Shown one piece after another: positions 22,901 through 36,600 of a stretch of DNA of 64,000 bases (position 1 is its first letter; the number at the start of each line of letters is the position of its first letter). The stretch comes from Pocillopora damicornis. Its lineage: Eukaryota. Below the pieces are notes generated by a model. That model saw only the letters and a program-made list of their open reading frames with translations, had not been told where the DNA came from and made no database searches. Position numbers and translations under genes: made by a program. Location of the stretch: contig NW_020844871.1 of the NCBI RefSeq assembly GCF_003704095.1, forward strand, positions 1 through 64,000. Direction: 5' to 3'.

Positions 22901-25900
22901 AAACTTTGAATGCGATTGGCTTATTTGAACAGTGCGATGACAAATTGTTCCAAAACAACTTGGCAAGGGGAAAATAGATCAACGACATTGTGATTTTTTT
23001 ACGATTAACCATGTTACTGTTGAAAAATGTCTCCTCACCATGGACTTGTGAGCTTCGTTTTCAAAGTTAAAACCATCAGCCAGCATATCTTTGAATTTAT
23101 TCAAGATTTCGTTATGTCTTGCCATATCCGTTGACAAAATACATCTACAAAGCATTGTAAAAACGATAACACATTACAAATAGAACAAAATCGTCAGCAA
23201 GTGCTGTGGTTTTCATGAACAGAAAGAAAAGATGTACATAAAAATGGAGATAAGTTTTTCAATTGACTACGGCAATGCTTACTTGATCACTCCTTCCCGG
23301 AATTTCTTGAAAACATCTTGGCCGATATTCTTGAAGATATCACAATGAGGCTATAAAGAATATAAAATGACGAATTTTAAGGGCCGGTTATTTACACGAG
23401 GTCTAACCCAAACCGTGGTTTTACTCAATCGGTTGGCCTCGAGTTTTCTCTATAAGAGGGTTGATTGAATTTTCAGACTTAAAGTAATGATTACATCATT
23501 ACACTGAAGAACAGCAAGCACAAAATGTAAAGAGATAGAAAGAACTGAAAATAACCTATAAAGGAAAATAAACTATTCTCATGTACAGAATCAGCTGTAG
23601 TCGAGGCTTAAAAAGTTATAAGTGAAGCGGTAATAGAAACAGGTTTGTCTTGTTTCCCTAATATTTAAGAAAGTTGGGGGCGAACGGGGGGGGGGGGGGG
23701 GGGGGGGGGCAAATTCTAGAGGAGCACTTGTTTGACATTATGGCTTAAGAGTTGTGGCCTATTTTGGGGAAGAGTGCCTTTGCCAGAAAATACGATATCT
23801 GAAATTCATATTTTCTCCAAAAGATAACTCCTGTCCACATTCATTCCTTTACCTGAGATATGATGTCAAATGCCACAGCGCAGTGATGGTTTTCCAGTGG
23901 CGAGATATCGTTGTATCGTATGGCCAGCTCTGTTCTGGCATTGACCTGAACAAAATTAAGAAATTCATCAGACATGCTGTTGGTTGCTGCAAAAGAGCAA
24001 AGCTGTATAGGGCTTTCAAATCCTTTCTCTTTATTACAATTGGCTTGCACAGATGTCATAGGCAGCTATTATCATGAAAAAGGCCATACAAATTAAAAAA
24101 AACATCCTTAAACAGAATTGGCCATCAATGGGTTACCCCAGGATGGGGAAGGGAGGGGAGGGTGGTGACCCCAGGGGAATTTGACATTCCCGCCATTTGG
24201 TTCCCATCATATGTCACAATTCTACCCCAGGGACCAGAATGATGTTGTAAATCAATTTCAACAAACAAAAATTAAACTTTCTTTAGATTTTCTCATTTCA
24301 AGATGACGGCCAGGTAAAGTTTCCAACCAAGAGGCAGTGCAGAAATGTCAGAGAGGGTCTTTTTAGTAAATTTCCAGTGAGTAACCCCCCTCCTCCTCCT
24401 CCTAGGCCAAACAAATGATAGGTGCATAATTCACGAACCAAGTTTTAGTGTCCCACCTGATATGCATTGTTATAGCCTGGGTGGTCCAGGTCGTGACACA
24501 AAGCTGATGTCAGCATCACAAGAACATCAACATTTTGAACCTTGCCTGGGATTTGCGTCAACCATATTAAGCCATACATCTGAAACAACAATGGCAATGC
24601 ATAAACCTCACTATGTAACCCAGTGTTTCTCCACATCACAACTTCCTTAAATGTGAAAGACAAAGAGAATTAAATTTCTGCATCTTTTCTTACCATCTGT
24701 GTCACACAGAAAGCATGGCGGAAGTTATGAAAAGGTGTAGCATTGTAATTCCTGAAAACTTCAAACAAGAAGTTTTGAAGGAGGGGAATCTAGAAAAAAA
24801 AAGAGCAAACATTTATGAGTAACACTGTCTCTTGTAAACAAAATATGCCTCGGCTCCAAAAAAGTTCTCTCTTCTTCTCTATTTTGAAAATTCATCAACA
24901 ATCTAAGAGGGTTTACATATACAAAACATCAAAGAAACTTAATTGAATTCACAACTGTTCTGGACACTTACAAATGTAAATACTGAGATTGATGTTGTTT
25001 AAAATAAAGTCACCTTAGGTAATATTACCTCAATGTTAAATATTTCTGTCAAGTTTAAGTCTTTGTACATCTGTTGAAGCAGATATAACATCTCTGCATC
25101 CTCCCATTGCCTACAGGAAAAAAAAACAGAAATGTATGATCTTGAACCACTAAGGGCAATATTTTTATATGTACACTGGAAAAATTCATTCTAAAAAAGC
25201 TGTCTTATAGCCACAATTTATTCTAGTAGAAGTCTGACATTCTTGTAACGCCTTGTGTTATGTGTTACATGCTGTAGTTTAGTTATAAACCTGTAGTTAC
25301 ATTAAAATTACTTAATGTGCTTGATATATGTGCAGCTGTGAAAGTTCACAATTTCCTACCAATTGTCAAAAGAAGGCTTCCTTAAAAGGTTTCTTGTTTC
25401 ATCAGTAAGTTCTGCATTCCTGTAAAAAATGGGAAAAAGTCCAACACGTATTTATGTGCATACACAGTACATTTATACAGTTATAATCTTGATATGATAT
25501 TAAATATTTAACAAATGAATTCCATGTTGCCTTGGGTCTACACAGTCATAAAAATGTGGCAAGGACATTTAGTGACACACTTGCTGCCACTGTTTTGGTT
25601 TCACCACATTTTGATGTCATCTGTGATCTATTACAGTAACTGAACAGACCCACCTTTAAAAGTAACTAAAGTATTTGTTTTCTATCTGATCATGAAAAAA
25701 AGCAAATACTTTTCATGATGACATCATCTATGCATCTGCTCTCTAGTATATCATGAAGAAGAACTGATCAAAATGCGTTTATAACTCAACTTATTGTATA
25801 GTACAAGATTAACACTTACGACATTTTTTTAAATTTCTCAAGCACAGAATTCAGTTCAGTGGAAGTTCTTCTTCGTAAACTGTGTTTCTCAGATGATGGT

Positions 25901-28900
25901 CTCTTGGAAGTACCACTAAAATTGAGCAAAAGCAATCAGTTTATCAGTTCCTTGTGTATTTCTCTCAGAAATAAATGTATTAGTTAAGAAATCATTTATA
26001 TATTCTAACTTGTTTTTACCTTGACATTTCCTTAAACAGGCCTAACCAGCTAAGGTGTTCAACACTCTACATGGATGAGAAAAAAAAATTTTTTTATGCT
26101 CAGTTTAAAAACAAAGATAATATAAGTTTATAACCCTTCACTTAACTCCCAGAGGTGATCAGCATGTAATCTCTCCTTAAAAAATCCACATATTATCCTG
26201 CAAACAGGTGATGAGAATATTCAAACCTATCAGGAGGATATTGTCATCTCGATCCAATACCAAATTCTTGTAACTAATTTACAAGGGCATGTGTAGAAGC
26301 TAGTGGGGAGAATTAACTGTAATCAGATCTTGGATGAAATGGCTAATAACAGGTAAAATTTCCTTTATTTTCTGTTGATGGTGAGATTCTTTTAATCAGC
26401 AGAAAATTTAACACAAACCTCAAGCTTTTCTTTGAAGGAATCAACTTTCAGTTTTATATCTTTAACAACTGAAGATGCTTCTCCATTCTCTAAGATGAAA
26501 CTCTTTTCCAATGCTTGAAGCCTGATACAATGAAACAGAAAAAAGGCCCATGAAATAAGTAACACAGATGTATGAAATGCAGCATTAATTGTCAGGAAAG
26601 CAGAAGCAAAAACATTTTTAATTTCCAAGCTTTTAGAAGCTACTGTAACAACATTTAAATAAATAAAAATAAACTAATACCCAAGAAATGCATGAGAAAG
26701 AAATATGGAGGATAAATTTTCTTGAATGCACAAGGTATAGAAATGACTGTGACAAGATTTCCTACAAATCATTTTCCCAATTTTTTTTTAATGAGCTAGA
26801 AGCATTAAAGTTATTAGAAAGTGCTCTCCCTGCATGGCTTTATACATATAACTCTTTAAACACAAGTGATCAAGACAGAATTTCTCCTTACAATATCGAT
26901 ACAATATCAAGCAGACAAGTGATGAGAATAAAGAAAAAAAATCAATTAGGGGGATTACAGGGTGATCCAGTGCCAAATTCTCCAAACTAACATCAAAAGA
27001 ATTGTATGGTAGACAGTAAGGAGTATACTAAATTAAATGAGATCTTGGGAGTTCAAGTAATTATTAGGTTAACCCTTTATATTCTAACATCAGTAAAGGT
27101 ATTCTCCATACTGTTCTCTATACATTCTCTAAGGTGCTGACAAAGAGAATTTGCGTAACAATCAACAACTTGTTTAGCTACTGATAATTTTCTTTATTCT
27201 CATGACCTTACTTCATGATTCAGGGGTGATATTGTAAGGAGAAATTAGATGCTAGTCACTCTGAAGGGTTAAAGGGTTAAGTCTAGTTACCTTGCTTCTA
27301 CAGCTTCTAGTGAACATCCTGACTCTGAATCTGGGGAAAAAAAAAATCATGCACTGGAGTGCTTACAGTGTACAAAATTTATCCACACTGTTCAAATTGT
27401 TATTTAAAAGGGAACAATTCGGTCTACATATACCAAGGAGAGGGATCAATGTGAAACAGGGCTGTACTCTGCCAAAACCTGGTTGCCAAAAGTGACTATC
27501 TTTGCCATTGGGTGACCTGTGTACGACCTGTGTACGTTTGCAGTTATGTACACTTTCAAGAACTGGGCATCTTAGATTTCTAAGAACAGAGTCTCAGGGC
27601 ACCCAGTCTCCCTTCTAAGAGAAAAACTTTATAGAAATCTCCAAAAAGAGTGTAAAGTGGGTTCAAGTTGAAAATTTTGAAAGCAACTTGCAAGTTATAG
27701 AATGGAACTGTCTCTTTCTCAGTCCTTTCATTTTGCTTCTAATGTTAAAAAAAACAAAAGGACAATTGCACTCAGTAACAAAAAAGAAACTTCACTGCAG
27801 TACTTAGACCTTTGATTTTAACACTTGGCAACAACAAAGTTGTTTTCTATTCATTGTGTTCAGCAGGGTTTATGCTATCTTTCCCTCAGATTTTCTCTAT
27901 TTATTTGTATTTATTCAATGTGATTCCCATTGGGAAAGAGTTTGATTTACATTTGACAGTAATTTGTATGTTTCACAAAGGGCTTTTCGGTGAGAGTATT
28001 TTGATTCAAGATTGTATGTTTTAAATACTCAGGCTTACTTATTACTTGGAATATTACCATAACAATAGACAGTTTATAAGCTCCCATAACTCACAGATGC
28101 AATCTCAAAGACATGGTCTGTTGTAAAGACACATTATGAAATCCAAAGTATCCTAGATGAAAAGGCTGTTCACAAATTTTTTATCTGAATGAGAAATTTC
28201 AAAAATTTTCTGATGATCTCAGAATATGTTCTTCTCTTGTCAAGGAGCTGATAATGACTTCACCAAGTGATTGTTGACCTTTTAAGAGCCTATATGGTTA
28301 CCAAAGACATTCCATTCTTACTACAGTAAACAATAAACAAAATGCCTAACCATTGTGGGGATAAAATTTTGTAATTAGTACTTCATGTTCAAAATCACCA
28401 ACAAAGTTGCCAAAAGTAATTTACACATGTTAGTATAAATTTTCTTCATAAATTCTGTGAATTGGAGATGGCATCAACAATGCATTCTTAAATACTACCT
28501 TGCTGACATATGGTAAACAGTCAACTGCAGTATTTATTAGAATTTTATGTTTTAAAATTGGCAGTTCGTGCAATTTTCTCTAATTGTTACCAAGACTACA
28601 CAGCTTAGAACAATATGCCAAACCTAATCTAATCAATTAGCTTTGCATTATACAACTACAAGCTTTTAGGCAATCAGACATGTTTTAAGTAATATGCAAA
28701 TTCCACAACCATTCGATGATAGCTTGAATAATGCCTCTCCATGTGTTTTAATTTTAGATCTCTATCAAGTAATCGCTTTTAGCTGTCGAGCGTATTGAAA
28801 AAAAGAAAATTAAATGTTAACACATACCTGTCAGGGACAATTGTATTTCCGAACGTCAGAAATAATTAATAAGGTAAAAGTTACCGACGAAAAAAAAAAA

Positions 28901-30228
28901 AAAGAAGATATTTTCGCTCTTAACATGAAGACAATTTTAAGGCTTTCGTCTTTATTTACGTCTCACAAAATAAATTGCTCTTCCAGGTGTTTGAAAACTA
29001 CTAGAGAGATAAAAGGCCTGAAACAGAACTCGAATTGTTACGGTGAAAGATTTGTCAAAATAAATGTTGACTTAAGCCAATTTCGTTGCATGCCAAGTTC
29101 GCTTGAAGTGCAATATTACCTTGTCTGGTTCCGATCGAGCGTGCCAGGTCAGATCAAATTGATACGATACGCTCAATCCGTCTTCTTTGTCATTTTCGAT
29201 GAATTTGTGCTTATCGATCAACAAAGAAAATTGATTAGCGTTGCGACAATATATGAGGCAAATTTTGCTCCACTGCGTTGCAAAAAACTTCATACTAGCT
29301 GTTTCGGTGAAAAAACCAAGAGTCAAAAATGTAACTCAATATTTACAAAATTTAGATGGCGTGCGCTATGCAGAGAGCGAAAAATATTCCCGAAAGACAT
29401 TTTTTAATTGGAACTACTAAACGCCACATAAACTTAAATGCATCGTGTATTTGTTGGGCAGATTGTCAAATAAAATACAAGATACCACGTAATAGCATGC
29501 TCGCTGAAAAGCAGCAGGGTTCTGTCACTAATAGCCGCGAGAAATACAAATTTGCTATTTAAGATTTGCGTCATAACAACCGACAGCCTACTCATTTCTT
29601 AAGCCATAACAATTAAAACAGCTTGAAGGAAAAAATATTACCGCAAAACCCGCAGCTTGCACAATTCGCTGCGACAACTTCCAGGCGATAGCGCGAATCT
29701 GGTGTGTTTTCTTGAAGGGAAGGCGAGATATTTACTATATTTCCTTTCGTGTTGTAGAGTTTCAGAATATCATACGGGCCAGCTTCCGCTGCACAACGAA
29801 ACAAGTCTGAAAAATACAATGCAAAATCCAAAACATAAGCGGAAAAACAAAGCGAGCAATAAAAAAGCAAAACCGAGAACGTACTGGCGCGTTCGTGATA
29901 AGGTTGCCACGGGTAAATAGAGATCTGTCAACTGAACAAGGAGATAAATTCGTCCATAAAAATTCTGCTTTCAATAACAGTCAAAGGAAAAAAGGTGGTT
30001 AAAATAGTCCCAATGAATGAAACGAAACCTAGAAAGTAGAGATGTTCGTAACAAAATAACCCTAAGAACACAAAGAGCTTGATAATAATCCGACAAAAGA
30101 GGGCAATCAAGCTGGACATGTAAACACTTTGAAATTCTACCTTTGATTTCATCCACGGGGAAATCGGTCGCGAATTCCGCCTGTTCGGGCTTTCCTCCCA
30201 CAGTGAAATAAACCACTTTAGTGGTCAT
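19939..30228 (-). CDS. PDE9A: cGMP-specific phosphodiesterase PDE9, multi-exon (first exons 30228-30141 and 29806-29642; last exon ~20203-19939)
   Basis: N-terminus [19 protein letters not shown]...[11 protein letters not shown]. Catalytic motifs lie across exons: [14 protein letters not shown] (~24700), [16 protein letters not shown] (~24480), [20 protein letters not shown] (~23900), [12 protein letters not shown] (~21650), [12 protein letters not shown] and [17 protein letters not shown]. Confidence 0.92.
21721..22416 (-). mobile_element. Probable solo LTR (~700 bp) in a PDE9 intron
   Basis: Termini are tagtcaagacgc ... gcttcataaca (imperfect TG..CA inverted ends) with AAAT on both sides as a possible 4-bp TSD. 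The minus strand has a TATA-like tatataa and an attaaa signal. Confidence 0.45.
27069..27280. mobile_element. Second subfamily of TTAA-flanked MITE
   Basis: ttaa-CCCTTTA ... TAAAGGG-ttaa with a different body (aacatcagt...attctccatactgttctc...gaaattagatgctagtcactc). Related copies lie near 31200-31335, 32184-32385, 35140-35325 and 38974-39184. Confidence 0.7.
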
Positions 30229-30649
30229 TTTCTCTAAAATCAGGTCATTGAGCAAATTTCACGTTCTTAGACCACATCACATCTTTATGGACGGTGTAAA
30301 CATGAGAAAGTCGTGATAATTTAAGGGCATTTCAATACCACATCAGCATGCAGAGTGTAACCCACTACCCCGTCCAGCCCCCTGTCACTTCCTTCTGATT
30401 ACATCCGGGAAACCATATAATCCCGTTTCCGGTCAGCGGTGTTAATGGCAAATTGAAAGAACTGTGTTCTTTATGGTCAGTTGACTGCTCATCAAAACAA
30501 ATATGGCGGACGAAACGCCTGTATTGAGCTTAATTTGAAAGTTTTTGACAATTTAAAAAAAGAGAAAAACCCGTGTTGGATCCATAATGATTGAGTTGTT
30601 TTGAGATTATTGTTTTCTTCAATTTCGATCGAAATACTTCGTATCGAAA

Positions 30650-33600
30650 ATGTTTTCTGGATGGAAAAAGACAGGGGTTACAGGTGAGTTTCTTTTCTTT
30701 TGTGAATAACCTTTCATAAAATGTGTAATTTTTGCCCTGCAATGGTTGTCGAAAGATTTTCAAACTGATAACTACTTCGACTAGATTCCTTAAAAATAGA
30801 AGAATTAAGAAAAAGTGAGGCAAAATTAAAATTTCTAACTTGCCATTGCGACCATATACCCCAGTGTACTCTTCATGTTATCCGTTTTCTATTTTTTTTT
30901 TCTTTCTTCTTCGTGCATCTTCATTTAGAAACTGATGAGGACTTGATAAGAAATGCAGAGATCAAGAGAAGACTTATTGGTGAACTCTCACTTGCAGTGA
31001 AAGAGGTATGTATACCTAATAATTTGAATCTCAGATTGCTCTCAATGCAAAATATTGTTATCCAAAAATTGGGTTAGTTTTGGTGATGTTATTGCTAATG
31101 TATTTTTCCTTTTATTGTTAGCTTCAGAGAAAGCACATTGGAGCTGATTTGGATGTGGATAGGTTGATTGTGAATTTACATTTGGCAGCAACATCAACAA
31201 CAATCCTTTATTCAATTTGTTTAATAATCGAGAGCTTTTTTAACTGGTGATCATTTCCTTTATTCTCATGACCTTAATGTGTGATTCAGGGGTGATATTG
31301 TAAGGAGAAATTAGATGCTAGTCACTCTTAGGGGCCAAATGCTCAATCAGGGAACCTTTTTATCATACTACATCTTGGTTTGTTGTGGAGATACAACATC
31401 TTGGTTTGTTGACAGTAAGGAGAATAACAAATTTGATCTGGGAGTTGAAGGGTTAACAGTGACTGGCATCTATATTCTCCCTACAAGATCATCCCCAAAT
31501 AAAACANNNNNNNNNNNNNNNNNNNNNNNNNNNNNNNNNNNNNNNNNNNNNNNNNNNNNNNNNNNNNNNNNNNNNNNNNNNNNNNNNNNNNNNNNNNNNN
31601 NNNNNNGTACATGTGAGCTACACATAGATCCAATTGTTAATGATGTGCCTTTGTTTATAATTTTGATGAATGATTCTTGACTAGTGTTTGTATGTTGATA
31701 AAAGTACACTCAGGAAATATGTTTACTTCATTACTTTGCCACTTAAATAGTCTTAATTTCTCTGCAGTCATTTTGGTCCCTGCTCACAAGTTTCACGCAC
31801 AAAGATGTGTTAAACGAGCTGGAACATCTTTCTCACATCCACACTCCTGTGGGAAGATGTCGGGTGAGTCTTCAACCCTTCAAACCTTGATTTCTAATCA
31901 ATAAAAATTAACTTCTCCTTGTGATTCCAATTGCTAGAAACCTGTGAGGATCATTTCTTTACTTGATTCATCTGCAGACCAAATGGATCTTATTTTTGAT
32001 CTTTAAAAATTGTGATGGAAAAGATGTTTGTTGATAACTTTTAAAATCTTCCTAATGTTTATACATCTTAGGCATGGATTCGCCTTGCTTTAAATGATAG
32101 CTTAATGGAAAGTTACCTTGATGCCATTCTGATGGACAAAAATAAATTACTGTAAGTACTACATGCTAGATGTTTTTGCTTAATTAACCCTTAATACCTT
32201 AACATCAGTATGCATATTCTCCATACTGTTCTCTTAAAAAATTTCCTCAGGTTCTGACAAGGAAGATTTTTTTAACAATCAAGAGCCTCTTTAGTTGGTG
32301 ATCATTTGCTTTCTTCTCAAGACCTCATGACCAATGGTGATACTGTAGGGAGGAATTAGAGGCCAGTCAATCCCAAGGGTTGAAGAGTCCCTTACAAACT
32401 GAATTCCCAGTTTTCTGGGAATTCCTACGAGAGGAATTCTCAAAAATTCCCAATTATGCAATTTTAACTAATTAACTATCCCATAAGTGATAAACATGTA
32501 ACTTCTCCCTATAACATGAGTATACTCAAACTTATCAGATAGATTAGTTTGTAGTCTTGATCTAACACCAAATTCTCGCAATTCACTTACAAGGAAATGT
32601 GTAGCAGCTAGAGGGGAGAATAAAAAATCAGATCTTGGGAATTAAGAGTGATTAGCATCTAATTTCTCCTTATAATATCACCCCTGATTCAAACATTAAG
32701 GTCTCAAGAATACAAGAAATGATCATCAACTTGAGAAGCCTTTGATTGTAAAACATATTCTCCTTGTCANNNNNNNNNNNNNNNNNNNNNNNNNNNNNNN
32801 NNNNNNNNNNNNNNNNNNNNNNNNNNNNNNNNNNNNNNNNNNNNNNNNNNNNNNNNNNNNNNNNNNNNNCAACTGTTCCAGTCATCATTCCAGGAGATCA
32901 GCATGTAGCTCAAGGTGAAGCCTCCACAAGTTCCTTTGACTCCAGCACTGCGGAGGTGGCTGAACTTGCAGGCTGCAGCCTCGAGGAGAGCACTGAATTA
33001 AAGCGCAGAGCTCAAGTGTTGCAAACAGAGCCTGCTGAGAGAATGATTATGGATAATGCAGACAATAGAGAAAGTTTTTCCAATTCGCCTTCCACAGAGG
33101 AGAATATGGATGGAAAAGGTACGTAACTGCAGCCAGTTAAATTCCTCTCTCTTTTATAATTTTGGGGGAATAAGTAGCAATTGGCTTTCTAAATAATTCG
33201 ATCATTATCTGTAATAATAATTATTATTAGTAAAGTTGTTTCATGTATATGTTTACTTGTTACCATTTTTGTACCTTACAGCAAAAGGATGAATTGGTTT
33301 CATTATGAATAATAATTATAAGTAGATGTTAATAGTTAATTAATAGTTAATACTTATATGTACACAAAGATGTTTAATTGGTATCATGTACATGTAGTTG
33401 GATCATTCGGATGTGGTTAGTTAAAAGAGGATTGCATTTTTCCTGCCTGAGCAAAAGTTAATTTCTTAGTCAAGAGCCAACTGAGAACTTCCATTCAGGC
33501 TGTTGAAATGTCAGTCACATTTTTAGGACTAACCAGGCAGCCAACCTGTACTTTAATCAGACTGTATGCAAATCTTGATCAGAATTACGGTCATTTTGCC

Positions 33601-36600
33601 CTTAAATGGTCATTTCACCCCCAGTCACTTTGCTCCGACCAAAAGTCACTTCGCTCCATAAAAAAGTTACTTTGCTCCATGTAAGAAATTAGTGAAATAT
33701 TGTTTTGATGTTGGAGTTGGACTGATTTTGAACTAATGTCAGTTCAGATTTATTAACTAAAAAATGCAGCTTCCAGACGCATTCACTTACACTTGGTAAC
33801 ATGAAATATCATTTCATTTGATTGCTTTCCTCAACACAAATACTTATACATTGTAATTCCTCAAAACCCCCATTATTGCTCAGAAGGAATACTAGAAGGA
33901 GTCCTTGTTAATTCTTATTAATAGTTTGGAATGTATTACTCCACTGAGTGTTCAATTTTTCTGTTCCCTCAAAAAATGAGGCATGTTAACATTTTTGTTG
34001 CACACTTGTGACAAAGTAAATGACATCCTACAGACTGTATTTCCTTAAATAAGCACCCNNNNNNNNNNNNNNNNNNNNNNNNNNNNNNNNNNNNNNNNNN
34101 NNNNNNNGTTGTTAAAGCTTTAAGTGGCAATAGAGGCAGGTATCTCTTGTAGTGTTATTATTTAAGAAATTGAGGTAGGAGGGGTGGGTTGTTTATTTGG
34201 GAGGGGTGCTTGACATTATGGCTTAGGGGCTGGGCAGTTTTTTCAGGAAGGGTGCTTATTAGAGCAGGGGTGCTATTCAATGACCAAGATCAACATATAC
34301 CATCATTTTTCTTTTTTTATTGATACTCATATTTCTTATTGAAAATCTTACAGCTGTAGGAAGTGAACAATCTTCAGCTGTAGTAGACGTTCCAATTAGA
34401 GATGACAGTGAACGAGACACTTGCAGTCCAACTCCTTTAGGAGGCAGCAACAAACTGGGGATGTCTAGTGGCTGGTCATCAACATTTGAAACTGAGGCTG
34501 TAGTGGATGCTGTTGATGGCAGTAGCTGCAATGACCAGGCGGACACTGCCGACCCACTTCCCAGTTCTCAAGAGAGGCTCAGTCCCAGAATCCCAACAAA
34601 GACACAAACACCCAGTTTTGGGACTCTGTTAAGGGATTACAGTGTCCAGGGAAGAAAAAGATTTGAGCCCCCTGTGTATGTTGATGGTGCAGTACCAACA
34701 CAACCAAAGCAGGTGCAAAGTAGTCAGGTTCATGTTTAGCTTTTTTTTTGCCAATATTTGGTTAAACCTTTCACTCTCGTAAGTGACAAAGACACAAATT
34801 CTTCTTACAAAGTCAATAAGATGTCAAGTAGACAAGTGGTGAGAGTAAAGAAAAATGAAAACTTACCAAGGGATTATCATCTGATCCAACACCAAATTCT
34901 CATAACTTACATTAGGAGAAATGTATGACCATTATTGAGGAGAATTACCATTGACTGACAGAGATAATGGGAGTGGAGGCTTAGGGTCAATAGCTTGAAA
35001 GCAAAGAAACAGTCCTCTATGAGGCATGTCAGTTTTTAGGAATTTAAGTTTTTTAGATTGTCGTAATCCATCTGCAAGAATTAGCTACTGCAGCAGCAGT
35101 TTGCAATTTGTGGTTTTCAGTAAAAATACTTTAAAATCCTGACTAGCATCTAATTTCTCCCTATTGTATCACCCCCGAATCACATATCGAGCTCACAAGA
35201 ATAAAAGTAAATGATCAGCAAACAAAGAGGCTCTGGATTTTTAAGCAAATTCTCATTTTCAACACCTTTGGAAGTGTATAGAGATCAGTATGGAGAATAT
35301 GCATACTGATGTTAGAGTTTAAAGTATTACAGAATGACAATTATGAATTAGGGTAAAGATTGATGATGACTATATTGATATTGAGATTAACAAATCAAAT
35401 TGTATCAATCTCTCAATGTTAAGATTCCAAAAACAAAGAGGAAACCTGAGATGCAACTATCTGAAACTATCACAGCTTCTGGTTTTGAGGTTTTGCAGAA
35501 AAGTAGTTCGGTGCACTCAAACCATGGCGACAATCGTTCCTCAGAGTTGATGACACTAGTGACAGAGATTGCCACTGAGCAGGGGTTGGACAACCAAAAT
35601 TATCAATGCAAGGGATGTGGAAGAAACATAGGTGGGTCATTGTTTTCTTTAGTAAAAATCATTGTTACTGTGATTAACATTAAAGGTGAGTAACTTCTCA
35701 GTAGTTGGTGCAGTGAGGGGCATAGTCTGGATTTTTCTAAGGGGGCATCACACCCAGTTTACCTACCTTACTGTCATGTTGACATCCATGCTCTACATGT
35801 TTTACTGAAAGAGACATATTGTTGGATGAGCATTGAGTGTTGCATGTATAGTGTCCAGTTCATCTAGTAGTGAGGGTATGAGCCCAGGCTGAATCAATCT
35901 GTTGTGTGTGTGAACAAGACAATCCACTCTCATAGTCCTTATATTCTCCCAGGAGTATGTACCAAGGAACTGTCCCCTAAACATGAGAATGTGTTTACTA
36001 GGATGACTCTCTCATTTTCAGCAAAAAAAAAAAAAAATTGGAGATAAAATTAAGGGTGCTGTGATTCACTCCCAAAGTTCCATGCAGCTCTCTAGCAACA
36101 ATTTCCTTTTTTGCAATGTTTTTTTTGTTTAACTCGTATGATTGACTCAGCAGAAAACGGAGGGAATGCTTGTGGTTAAGAAAATTTGTTGGTTTATAAT
36201 CTTTTGGACTGGCATCCAATTCAAAAGAAGCAATGTTGTAAATTCTTGTCATGCTACAATACAACTTAGAGGTAGTTGGCCCTAAATGCATGCAAAAAAC
36301 GTGTTTATGTATGGAGCAGTCTTTTGTTTTACTATTTGTTTAACTTTGAATGGTGTGTTAGATTTACAACAAAGGCCTGGAGTTATAGCATTTGGCATCA
36401 GTTCATTTTTGAAATGGCTTGCCTGCATTGTGAAGAAAAAGGAAAAAGATTTTGACGTGCTGGGTACCTCTTTAGAAAGCAAACAAGATCAGGAAATATC
36501 AAGTTCAATAAAGTCGTTTTTGTAAAAGTTTATGGCTTGCAGCTAGCAGCAAAACTTGAATAATTTGTCATCAATTCTCAGTAAAGTTATATGTGAAGTC

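Noticed and set aside
23686-23709. 24-nt poly-G run
   Set aside because: An intronic homopolymer with no evidence of function, and its length is unreliable.
28814-29407. 197-aa ORF antisense within a PDE9 intron
   Set aside because: No recognisable motifs and a composition typical of non-coding AT-rich DNA.
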